The position numbers and the translations under genes are program-made. This document shows, one piece after another, positions 49,350 through 58,035 of a stretch of 64,000 nt of DNA. Origin of the DNA: an uncultured delta proteobacterium (GTDB lineage Bacteria; Desulfobacterota; Binatia; UBA9968); contig CAWFJP010000030.1 in assembly GCA_963816145.1 (NCBI GenBank), forward strand, positions 1 to 64,000, in the 5' to 3' direction. Position 1 is the stretch's first letter. Each line of letters starts with the position of its first letter. Under the pieces are notes generated by a model. The model made no database searches, was not told the DNA's origin, and was given only the letters and a program-made list of their open reading frames with translations.

Positions 49350-50321
49350 ATGAAAGCCATCCGCATCCACGAATTCGGCCAATCTGAAGACGTTCTCAAA
49401 TACGAGGATGTTCCGGTGCCGGAACCTAAAGCCGGCGAGGTATTGATCAAAGTCGAAGCCGCGTCGCTCAATCGCGCCGACTTGGGACTGCGCAAAGGCA
49501 CCTATCGCATCGCCGCGGACGCGCTGCCGGTGATTCCTGGGCGGGAATTCGCTGGAACGATTGCTAAGCTAGAAGAAGGAGTTTTGGAATATCGCGTCGG
49601 CCAGCGCGTGGTTGGCTATCCGAGCCTCGGCGGCTATGCCGAATACGCCGTGGCGAAAGTCGCCGAAGTGCGGCCGGTGCCCGACGGCGTAACTGCCGCG
49701 CAGGCCGCGGCTTTGCCGACAGCGTTTCTAACAGCGTGGTTCGGATTGAAAACTGACGGCGCATTGAAATCCGGCGAGTGGCTGTTAATTCACGGCGGCA
49801 GTAGCGGCGTCGGCGTGGCGGCCATCCAGATCGCCAAGCATTGGGGCGCCAAAGTGATCGCCACGTCCGGCAGCGAAGTAAAATGCCGCCGGCTGCGCCA
49901 GCTCGGCGCCGACGTGACCATCGACGTGTCGGAAAATGATTTCCTGCCGGAAGTCATGCGCGTCACCGACAACCGCGGCGTCGATGTCGTCCTCGAAATG
50001 ATCGGCGGCGAAGTCTATCAGAAAAGCCTGCAAACATTGGCGGCGGGCGGCCGACTGGTTTCCATCGGCGGCGCTTTCGGCGCGGTACCCGATCCGCCGC
50101 CGGTGCTGACTGAAGGCAGAAAAGCCACTCGGTTTTCGATCACCAATTATTTGAAGGCGAAACCGGAAGACTTCAAAGAGCTCGACATCATTCTAAAACT
50201 GGTCCAGGAAAAGAAATTCGACGCTGGCATCGGCAAGACTTTCCCGCTCGCCGAAACCGGCGCCGCCCAGTGCTATCTCGAAGGCCGCGACCACTTCGGC
50301 AAAGTCATGCTGTCGATGTAG
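49350..50321 (+). CDS. MDR family NADPH:quinone oxidoreductase
   Basis: LNRAD, GGYAEY, HGGSSGVG and HFGKV motifs; no Zn cysteines. Confidence 0.92.
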   Translation: MKAIRIHEFGQSEDVLKYEDVPVPEPKAGEVLIKVEAASLNRADLGLRKGTYRIAADALPVIPGREFAGTIAKLEEGVLEYRVGQRVVGYPSLGGYAEYAVAKVAEVRPVPDGVTAAQAAALPTAFLTAWFGLKTDGALKSGEWLLIHGGSSGVGVAAIQIAKHWGAKVIATSGSEVKCRRLRQLGADVTIDVSENDFLPEVMRVTDNRGVDVVLEMIGGEVYQKSLQTLAAGGRLVSIGGAFGAVPDPPPVLTEGRKATRFSITNYLKAKPEDFKELDIILKLVQEKKFDAGIGKTFPLAETGAAQCYLEGRDHFGKVMLSM

Positions 50322-50334
50322 TCAAAATCCGAGT

Positions 50335-50440
50335 TCTCTCCCCCTTGATGGGGGAGAGTTAGAGTAGGGGTGATTTTCGGTTCTCGCGAGTATACACGAG
50401 TCACCCCTATCCCAACCTTCCCCCATCGAAGCGGGAAGGA
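50335..50440. repeat. inverted pair of REP-like elements
   Basis: TCTCTCCCCCTTGATGGGGGAGAG..AGGGGTGA ... TCACCCCTATCCCAACCTTCCCCCATCGAAGCGGGAAGGA. Confidence 0.75.
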
Positions 50441-50506
50441 GTCGGACGGTCAGACTGATATCTCCGCGATTGCCAAGTGATTTAGCTGTCGGGAGGAGAC
50501 ATTGCC

Positions 50507-51004
50507 ATGTCCTTCAAAATCAAACGCGTCGGCCATCTGGTGTTGAAAGTGAAAGACCTCGAACGTTCGCGCAAATTCTTCACCGAAGTCCTGGGCTTTC
50601 CCCAGGTCGGCGAGAACGACCGCGGCATGCTGTTCTTCAGCACCGATGTCTTCGACAACCATCACATGCTCGCATTGCGCGAAGCCAAGCCTGGTGCACC
50701 CATGCCGGACGCGGAACAGATCGGCATGGAGCATGTGTCGTTCGAACTCGGCAGCTTCGCAGAACTGCAAGAGGCCTACCGCAAGTTCAAAGAACATGGC
50801 GTGAAGATCCGCATGACGGTTTTCCACGGCGTCGCCAAGAGCATTTATTTCTACGATCCCGACGGCACCCAGCTTGAAGTCTACTGCAACGTGCCGCCGG
50901 AGGAATACCGTAAATCGGTGTCGAACCCGTACTATAATTACGGTGCCATCGAAGACGAACTCGAAGGGAAAGTAGCGCAGCGTCCCGGCTCGGTCGTGCC
51001 GTGA
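50507..51004 (+). CDS. VOC/glyoxalase family protein
   Basis: GHLVLKV, HHMLAL, EHVSF and SIYFYDPDGTQLE motifs. Confidence 0.9.
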   Translation: MSFKIKRVGHLVLKVKDLERSRKFFTEVLGFPQVGENDRGMLFFSTDVFDNHHMLALREAKPGAPMPDAEQIGMEHVSFELGSFAELQEAYRKFKEHGVKIRMTVFHGVAKSIYFYDPDGTQLEVYCNVPPEEYRKSVSNPYYNYGAIEDELEGKVAQRPGSVVP

Positions 51005-51009
51005 CTTGA

Positions 51010-51043
51010 AGTTAGGAGTCAGGAGTCACTGACTCCTGACCCC
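51010..51043. repeat. short heptamer inverted repeat (GGAGTCA/TGACTCC)
   Basis: AGTTAGGAGTCAGGAGTCAC-TGACTCCTGACCCC. Confidence 0.55.
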
Positions 51044-51097
51044 CATGGGCGATTGTTGTTGCTAGCCGCTTTCCTCATCGTCTGCTAAAATACCCAA

Positions 51098-52153
51098 GTG
51101 GACGGCTCACCCGACAAAGGCAAGAGTTCAGCCACACAACCGCAGAATCCCAGCTTGGACCTGGCCACGTTGGACGATGAGGCGTTGTTGCAGATGCGGA
51201 TCTGCGATCTCAAGCTTAAGATCGCCGGCACCGAGCTTGAGTCGCGCATCGACAAATTCTACGCCGAGCTTGACGCCCGCGGCATCGCGCTCAAACCAAT
51301 CTGTTACCTGGGCGACGAATGGTTTTGCCCGGACGGCTCGGCGACCATCGCGATTCCCTTCTACCTAGCCCATCCGCGCTTGAAGCGGCTCGAAGCCAAA
51401 ATGATGATGGAAGTGGAAGGCGACACCGAAACCTGGTGTTTGCGTCTATTGCGCCACGAGATGGGCCATGTGATCAACCACGCCTATCTGCTCAAGAAAG
51501 ACAAGCGCTGGCAAAAACTGTTCGGTCCGCCGTCGTTGGAGTATTCCGAAAGCTTTCGCGCTCGGCCGTACAGCAAACGCTTCGTGCGCCATCTCGAAGG
51601 CTACTATGCACAAAGCCATCCTGAAGAAGACTTCGCCGAGACGTTTGCAATCTGGCTCACCCCCGATCTTGACTGGCGCCAGCAATATCGCGACTGGAAA
51701 GCGCTGGAAAAGTTGGAATACGTCGACAAGCTCATGCAGGAGCTTGCCGGCAAGCCGCCTTTGGTGTTTTCCAAGAACAAAATCAGCGACGCGGCGCGGC
51801 TGCGTTCCCGACTCGATGCCCATTACCGGCGGCGGCGCCATACCTACGCTCAGGAGTTTCCCGATTTTTTCGACGGCGATTTGCGCAAACTATTCGTTGA
51901 CGCCACAGCCGCACCGGACAGCGAGCGGGCCGCGACATTTTTGCGCCGTTCGAACAAGTTGATTCTCAATGCTGTATCCGCATGGACCGGCGAGCCCAAG
52001 TTCACCATCAGCCGATTGCTACGCGGGCTGACCCAGCGCTGCGGCGAGCTCGATCTGCGCTTGAAATCGCAATCAGCGGCGGTGGAAATCACCGCCTATC
52101 TGGCGACCCTGGCATCGCATTACCGGCTCACCGGGAAATTCAAGGACACCTAG
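51098..52153 (+). CDS. putative zinc-binding metallopeptidase (Peptidase_Mx-like zincin)
   Basis: LRHEMGH (HExxH) and YAQSHPEEDFAETFAIWL motifs. Confidence 0.82.
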   Translation: MDGSPDKGKSSATQPQNPSLDLATLDDEALLQMRICDLKLKIAGTELESRIDKFYAELDARGIALKPICYLGDEWFCPDGSATIAIPFYLAHPRLKRLEAKMMMEVEGDTETWCLRLLRHEMGHVINHAYLLKKDKRWQKLFGPPSLEYSESFRARPYSKRFVRHLEGYYAQSHPEEDFAETFAIWLTPDLDWRQQYRDWKALEKLEYVDKLMQELAGKPPLVFSKNKISDAARLRSRLDAHYRRRRHTYAQEFPDFFDGDLRKLFVDATAAPDSERAATFLRRSNKLILNAVSAWTGEPKFTISRLLRGLTQRCGELDLRLKSQSAAVEITAYLATLASHYRLTGKFKDT

Positions 52154-52155
52154 CC

Positions 52156-53181
52156 ATGGCACGCGCCAAGAAACGTTTCAAAGTTCTCGTCCTGTTCGGC
52201 AGCGCCGGCACGCCGCCGGCCAATCAAGATTTTAGCAAAGAATTAAAAACCGAAGATTTCGCCGCCGAAGCTCATGTCATCGACGCGCTCAAAGAGCTCG
52301 ACCACGAAGTGCGCACGCTCGGCATATGGGACGAAGCGTCGTTGATCGTCGACGAGATCAAAGCCAACCCACCCGACGTGGTGTTCAATCTCACCGAGCA
52401 TTTCAACGAGATCTCCGCCTACGACCGCAACGTCGCCGGCCTGCTCGAAATGATGGCCGTGCCCTATACCGGATCGAGTCCGACCGGACTGACGCTGTGC
52501 AAGAACAAAGGCATGGCCAAGGAGCTGCTCGCCTATCACAAGATCCGCGTGCCCAATTTTGCAATCTACTCGCCGGGAGCGGCGATCAAGCGGCCGAGCC
52601 GTCTCAAGTTTCCACTGTTTATCAAACCCGCCGAAGATGAAGCGTCCTACGGCATCTCGCTCGACTCCTTCGTCGAGGACGATGCCGCCTTCGAGGATCG
52701 TATCCGCTTCATCCATGAGCGTATGAATCAACCGGCTTTGGCTGAAGAATATATCGACGGGCGGGAGATCTATGTCAGCCTGCTGGGCAACGACCGGTTG
52801 CGAGTCTTTCCATTTCGTGAAGTGATCTTCAACGCGATGCCCGAAGGCCAACCGAAGTTCTCCACCTTCAAATCCAAATGGGACGATGCCTATCGCAAGC
52901 GCAGGGGGATTCAGAACGTCTTCGCCGAACCGTTTCCCAACGGCACCGACCAACGCATCGCCAATATCTGCAAAGCCGTCTATCGCGCCCTGCGCATCCG
53001 CGGCTACGGCCGCATCGACTTGCGCGTAACGCCGGCGGATGAAATCGTCGTGCTCGAAGCCAACCCCAATCCCAATCTCGACCGTGCCGACGAGTTCGCC
53101 CAGTCGGCGATCAAAGCCGGCTTGAGTTTTCCCCGGCTCGTGCAAAGGATACTGACTTTGGCGCTGGAGTCGGCGCGCTGA
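52156..53181 (+). CDS. D-Ala-D-Ala ligase-like ATP-grasp protein (non-canonical)
   Basis: PYTGS, FPLFIKP, EEYIDGRE, GRIDLR and LEANPNP motifs. Confidence 0.85.
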   Translation: MARAKKRFKVLVLFGSAGTPPANQDFSKELKTEDFAAEAHVIDALKELDHEVRTLGIWDEASLIVDEIKANPPDVVFNLTEHFNEISAYDRNVAGLLEMMAVPYTGSSPTGLTLCKNKGMAKELLAYHKIRVPNFAIYSPGAAIKRPSRLKFPLFIKPAEDEASYGISLDSFVEDDAAFEDRIRFIHERMNQPALAEEYIDGREIYVSLLGNDRLRVFPFREVIFNAMPEGQPKFSTFKSKWDDAYRKRRGIQNVFAEPFPNGTDQRIANICKAVYRALRIRGYGRIDLRVTPADEIVVLEANPNPNLDRADEFAQSAIKAGLSFPRLVQRILTLALESAR

Positions 53182-53242
53182 ATGGATGCCAGTTACCGCC
53201 AGATGGTTCCCGTCGTCACCGCAAAACATATGGCACGCTCGA

Positions 53243-53794
53243 TTACTTGCGGCCGATTTTTGCGAACTCCTCCAGGAATGTGCCGGCTTTGTAGTCGGGA
53301 TTGATTTTCGGCGCATCGCCCTTGTAGACGATGTTGAGTTCGCCCAGATACTCCTGGATCGGCAAGGGCTTGATGGCAAACACCATCGCCGGCTCATCGC
53401 CGGTCACGTGGTGCTGATGCCAGACGCCCTGGCCGATATAAAGCGTATCCCCCGGCTTCCAATCGATCCGTTCATCGTCCAGAATGCTATAACCCGTCCC
53501 GCGCAAGACGATGATGATCGCTTCGTTGTGCTTGTGCGTAACCGAATGGGAATGCGGCGGGTAGATGTGGCAGTCGACTTCGATGATGCGGTTCTCGAAA
53601 CCGAGTTCTTGGGAGACCAGCGGTCCCATCCACACACCGTTTTGGGCTTCCCACTCGACTTTGACGTCCTCGCCTTTGATCGCCTTGCGGCCGGCCTTGC
53701 GCCGCGCGATATCCGCCTTGACCCGCTCTGCGCGGGATTTGAACAATGAGCTTTTGCCCTCAAACCATTTTTCGTTTTCTTGATGATCGGCCAT
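53243..53794 (-). CDS. cupin domain protein
   Basis: HKHNEA...GTGYS...GVWHQH. Confidence 0.85.
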   Translation of the reverse strand: MADHQENEKWFEGKSSLFKSRAERVKADIARRKAGRKAIKGEDVKVEWEAQNGVWMGPLVSQELGFENRIIEVDCHIYPPHSHSVTHKHNEAIIIVLRGTGYSILDDERIDWKPGDTLYIGQGVWHQHHVTGDEPAMVFAIKPLPIQEYLGELNIVYKGDAPKINPDYKAGTFLEEFAKIGRK

Positions 53795-54034
53795 GGCTTG
53801 ACACTTTCCCTTAAACGCGAGTTCCCTCGCTGCGCTCTGAAAACCGCGCCGGTCGCTACCTGATCAGGGAGGACAACCCATTTTCTTCACAACGGCAGGA
53901 TTCGTGCGCCGAACTCACTAGAACCGCGGCATCCGGCATCGAACCGCGTTACACAGCTTCGTTCCCGGCGGGGAGAAGGTTAGACAGTTTATTTGTCGAT
54001 CCCGGAGCGCGCCGTATCACGCCTGAATTTTGCA

Positions 54035-54069
54035 GCGATGCGGGCTGGTCTAGCCGCCGCCCGCATCGC
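54035..54069. other. GC-rich 11-bp hairpin downstream of the small gene
   Basis: GCGATGCGGGC-N13-GCCCGCATCGC; no U-tract on the minus strand. Confidence 0.5.
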
Positions 54070-54083
54070 GCCATTAAACCAGA

Positions 54084-54275
54084 TTAATTGAGCCACTCCT
54101 TGACGTTCCCCGCCATCACCTCGTCAAGAATCTCCTTGCAATCGGCGATCGCTTTGTCGACGATGGGAGGCTCTTTGACATGGGGAATGCCCTGTTTTAC
54201 CGCGCCGTAGAGCGCTTGTATGATAGTTTTTAGGTGCTCATCCATTTTGTCGAGATTAGCTACAGCTTGTGGCAT
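54084..54275 (-). CDS. small helical hypothetical protein (63 aa)
   Basis: RBS GGAGG 54285-54281; starts 15 bp after the PaaA-like stop. Confidence 0.7.
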   Translation of the reverse strand: MPQAVANLDKMDEHLKTIIQALYGAVKQGIPHVKEPPIVDKAIADCKEILDEVMAGNVKEWLN

Positions 54276-54290
54276 GGCTTCCTCCATTCA

Positions 54291-55007
54291 TTACATGTAA
54301 CGGCGCCCTTTGTTCGGGTCGGGGACCGTCAATCCCATTTGCGTGAGAATCGGCCCGACCTCATTCGTATAGTCTTGGCGCGCCTGCTCGTTCGAGCGCC
54401 GCTTCAGGCCCCAATAGCGGTAACGATCCGATTTCTTCGACCCGCTGCGACCGAACATATCGAGAGCTCTGACGTACCAGAAGTCGACGGCTCTTTGCGC
54501 TTTGGCCTTGCCTGCGTCGCCCGATTGAATCAATTCTAAAGTCTTATTGTAGCCATACTCGATGTGCCCGAGTTCCTCGGTGACGATGTCGGGAAGAATG
54601 CGCTGCAGAGGCAGGTAACTGCAATCGTAGAACTCTTCCAACTGATAGCGGCCGACGCGGTCAATCAGAAAACCAAATACCGAGTTATCTTCCCAAGTGG
54701 TGATCAAGCCGCGAAAAGTGTCGACAAAGCGCTTTTCATTGGGCTGGCTCAATACAAAAGAGACATCGACGCCGATCTCGCCGGCAACCCGCGCCACCTT
54801 GCGATAATGGTCGATCTCTTCGGCCGCGGTGCGCGCAACGATCAATTGATCGAGCTTGGTCGGCGCCGCCGGCAGCATCTTCTCAACGTACAGATGCGGC
54901 CCGCCGATCTCGCAATCCGCCTGGATCGTCAACACATGACCCAAGAGCTCTTTGTACTCCGGGTCCATCTTGTCAAAATCCTTCAATTCGATTTTGTCGG
55001 TGAACAT
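54291..55007 (-). CDS. PaaA/BoxB-like ferritin-fold diiron protein
   Basis: QADCE, EEIDH, LIDR, SYLPL, EELGH and DMFG motifs; RBS GGAGGAG. Confidence 0.85.
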   Translation of the reverse strand: MFTDKIELKDFDKMDPEYKELLGHVLTIQADCEIGGPHLYVEKMLPAAPTKLDQLIVARTAAEEIDHYRKVARVAGEIGVDVSFVLSQPNEKRFVDTFRGLITTWEDNSVFGFLIDRVGRYQLEEFYDCSYLPLQRILPDIVTEELGHIEYGYNKTLELIQSGDAGKAKAQRAVDFWYVRALDMFGRSGSKKSDRYRYWGLKRRSNEQARQDYTNEVGPILTQMGLTVPDPNKGRRYM

Positions 55008-55061
55008 GTTCTCCTCCCTCGAGATTCTTAAAATATTGATCAGAATGTCGAGAGAGGATTG

Positions 55062-55077
55062 AGCAAGACGAATGCCA
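55062..55077 (-). promoter_or_regulatory. sigma54 -24/-12 promoter
   Basis: Minus-strand TGGCATTCGTCTTGCT, near-consensus TGGCA-N6-TTGC. Confidence 0.75.
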
Positions 55078-55232
55078 GCGCGCCAATCGGCATTCACAGC
55101 GCAAGATCGGTAAAATAACCTAATCGATTCTTATTTTTTGGAGAATTAGCCCATTTCCTTTCGCACGGTTCGGAAAGGACTCCCCGCCTGGGAAATACAA
55201 TGGCGGGTGGAAGCTGCCCGCAGTTGGGACAC

Positions 55233-55266
55233 AAAAAAGGGCGGCCGTCATCGACGGCCGCCCTTT
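55233..55266 (-). terminator. intrinsic terminator after ubiD
   Basis: Minus-strand GGGCGGCCGTC-GAT-GACGGCCGCCC-TTTTTT. Confidence 0.85.
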
Positions 55267-55291
55267 GCATACTTCCGCTGAAGAATTCGCC

Positions 55292-56782
55292 TTATCCTTC
55301 GATAAGCTTTTTATACTTGTTGTAGATCTTCTCGCGCAACTCGGGTGACGACTCGGCAACCGGCGGGAAATCTTTGAGCCATTCGAATGGACGACAGGCA
55401 TCGATCACGGCGCGGGAGTTGAAGCCCTTCTTCGACGGATGGATGCGCGGATCGAGCGGACCGCTCCAGCAGCGGCGCAGGATCTCGATGGACTCGACTG
55501 GGTCCGAACGGCTGGCCAAAGCCCAGAGAACATCGAAGGTATTGGTTGGGTCAATATCCTCGTCGACCACGATCACATACCGGCCAAGATAGGCACCGGC
55601 ATGAACTTGAGAAGCGACCAACATCGCTTGACGGGCATGACCGGGATAGCGTTGCTTGATGGAAATGATGTTCAACAAGCGGCCGCCGCCGGCTTCGTGA
55701 CACCACACGCCGCGCACATCGGGCACTCCGGCTTTTTCAACCTGTTCCCAGATCAACGACGCCTTCACCATACATTTGGCGATCGAGTAGTCCGACGGCG
55801 GACGTCCGGGACGGGCGCAGCAGAGAATCGGATCGTTGCGGTAGTAAACGTTTTCGACTCGAATAACCGGCTCCGGACGGCTCGAACTGGCGTAATAACC
55901 GGTCCACTCGCCGAACGGACCTTCGGTCTTACGGTCAGTCGGGTCCATCCAACCTTCAATAACGATTTCCGCATTAGCGGCAAACGGCAATCCGGTGGAG
56001 CGACCTTCAATGACCTCGATAGGCGCGCCTTTGAGGCCACCGGCATAGTCGAACTCCGACACGCCGTAGTCGATTTCGTTACCCGAGACCATGAACAGCA
56101 CCGGATCTTGGCCGACGGAAACGACCACTGGACAGGGTTTGCCGCGCTCGAAATACTTGTTGCGCTGAATGCTGCCATGCTTGCCCGGCGAAATGTACAG
56201 GCCCATGCTCTTGCCGTCATGAACCATGCCGCGGTAGGCGCCGAAGTTGACCCAACCTTCGTCCGGGTCGCGGGTCGTCACTAAGCAAGCGGTGCCGATG
56301 AAGCGTCCGCCGTCGAGCTCATGCATGAACGGCACGGGGAACTTTAACAAGTCGACCTTGTCGCCCGAATCGACGTTTTCCAAAATCGGCCCCTTGGTGA
56401 CGACCTTGTGCTTGATCGGTTCGTGATTGACCAGCTTTTGGCGGAAGGCGCGCACCAAATCCAAGTTGGACAAGGTCATGTCCAAGCCTAAGTTGAGCGC
56501 CATTCTTTTAAACGACGCATTCTGAGCAAACAAGGTACGGAAACCTTTGGGGTAACCGGGCACGTTATCGAAAAGCACTGCCGGTGTCGCAGCTTCTTTG
56601 GACTCGCGGGCGAAGATTTCCGCGAGGGTACCCATCTCTAGATTCCAATCGACGCCGTCGACCTTTTTCAGTTCGCCCATGCTATCGACAATTTCCAACC
56701 AATCGCGCAGATCGGTGTACTTCGGGGTTTTCCCCGCTTTCATTTCATCTTCGGCTATTTTTCTCGCCTCTAGTGCGGTCAT
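55292..56782 (-). CDS. UbiD family prFMN-dependent (de)carboxylase
   Basis: GAYR, EGPFGEWTGYY, VVDEDIDP and IDACRP motifs. Confidence 0.93.
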   Translation of the reverse strand: MTALEARKIAEDEMKAGKTPKYTDLRDWLEIVDSMGELKKVDGVDWNLEMGTLAEIFARESKEAATPAVLFDNVPGYPKGFRTLFAQNASFKRMALNLGLDMTLSNLDLVRAFRQKLVNHEPIKHKVVTKGPILENVDSGDKVDLLKFPVPFMHELDGGRFIGTACLVTTRDPDEGWVNFGAYRGMVHDGKSMGLYISPGKHGSIQRNKYFERGKPCPVVVSVGQDPVLFMVSGNEIDYGVSEFDYAGGLKGAPIEVIEGRSTGLPFAANAEIVIEGWMDPTDRKTEGPFGEWTGYYASSSRPEPVIRVENVYYRNDPILCCARPGRPPSDYSIAKCMVKASLIWEQVEKAGVPDVRGVWCHEAGGGRLLNIISIKQRYPGHARQAMLVASQVHAGAYLGRYVIVVDEDIDPTNTFDVLWALASRSDPVESIEILRRCWSGPLDPRIHPSKKGFNSRAVIDACRPFEWLKDFPPVAESSPELREKIYNKYKKLIEG

Positions 56783-56821
56783 GCAAATAACTCTCCTTTC
56801 AAATTCCAGGTTTGGGGCATT

Positions 56822-57970
56822 CTAGTCCCCCAACATCGATTCATCAACACCCTCTTTGTCATCCGCCGGCAAACCGTTGCAGCTCGCCGGATCGAGATGG
56901 AGGTAAACTTTTTCACCAACGCTCACGGCGTTGAAGGGATGGGTATGAACCGCCACGATATCGTCACCCACCGCGACTTTGCATTGATAGGAATCGCCCA
57001 TGAAGATCGCTTCGGTGATCGTTCCGTCAACGACGTTTTCCAATCCCTGCGGTTTGTTCTTATGCAGCGGGATATTTTCCGGGCGGATCGAGATCACCGC
57101 TGCTTGATCCTTCTTTAACCCCGGGGCCGGAATGAAACTCAAAATCCCCTTCTTAGTCTGCATCTTACCGGGGCGGGAGTCGCCGTCGACCTCAAGCACC
57201 TTGCCATTGATCAGGTTGGTCAAGCCAAGAAATGTCGCAGTAAAACGGCGCTTGGGCCGGGTATAGAGCTGATGCGGCGCGCCCACTTCGATCAGCACGC
57301 CGCCGTGCATGACGGCGATTTGGTCTGAGATCGCCAGCGCTTCAGCCTGATCGTGGGTGACGAAGATCGTCGTGATGTTGGTGCGCCGCTGCAGAGATTT
57401 AATTTCGGAACGCATCTGCACGCGCAGCTTGGCGTCCAGGTTACTCAAGGGCTCGTCCAAGAGCATGACCTTGGGCTCGTTGACCAAGGCGCGGGCAAAG
57501 GCGACGCGCTGTTGTTGGCCGCCCGAAAGTTTCGGCGCCGGGCGGTCTTCCAATCCGTCGAGTCCGACGATCTTCAATACATCGCCGACCCGCTTCTTGA
57601 TTTCATCCTTAGACTTACGCTGAATGGTCAATGGATAGGCGACATTCTCGGCCACGGTCATATGCGGCCAGATGGCGTAAGACTGGAACACCATGCCGAT
57701 GGGCCGTTTGTTGGTCGGCACGTAAACTCGCTCACCGGAGGCGTACACGGTCTGGCCGGCAATGCTGATCTTGCCGCCGTCCGGCCGTTCCAGGCCGGCA
57801 ACGCAGCGCAAAGTTGTGGTCTTGCCGCAACCGCTCGGGCCCAAAAACGTATAGAGGGAGCCCTCGGGTATGTTGAGCGACACGCCCTTGAGGACATGCA
57901 CTCTTTCATTGCCTTCGCCGAAGTATTTCTCTAGCGACTCGATCTGAACCATGTCTCTTATCTCAGCCAT
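56822..57970 (-). CDS. ABC ATP-binding protein with TOBE domain (FbpC/PotA-like)
   Basis: GPSGCGKT, LSGGQQQR and DEPLSNLD motifs. Confidence 0.93.
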   Translation of the reverse strand: MAEIRDMVQIESLEKYFGEGNERVHVLKGVSLNIPEGSLYTFLGPSGCGKTTTLRCVAGLERPDGGKISIAGQTVYASGERVYVPTNKRPIGMVFQSYAIWPHMTVAENVAYPLTIQRKSKDEIKKRVGDVLKIVGLDGLEDRPAPKLSGGQQQRVAFARALVNEPKVMLLDEPLSNLDAKLRVQMRSEIKSLQRRTNITTIFVTHDQAEALAISDQIAVMHGGVLIEVGAPHQLYTRPKRRFTATFLGLTNLINGKVLEVDGDSRPGKMQTKKGILSFIPAPGLKKDQAAVISIRPENIPLHKNKPQGLENVVDGTITEAIFMGDSYQCKVAVGDDIVAVHTHPFNAVSVGEKVYLHLDPASCNGLPADDKEGVDESMLGD

Positions 57971-58035
57971 CGTATTCCCCCTTGGCTCCGGTGACCGTCG
58001 ACCACACGGGAACCATCAATACTTTGTGAAATTGA

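Noticed and set aside
52156-53181. Housekeeping ddl
   Set aside because: The D-Ala-binding motifs are missing and it is not in a dcw cluster.
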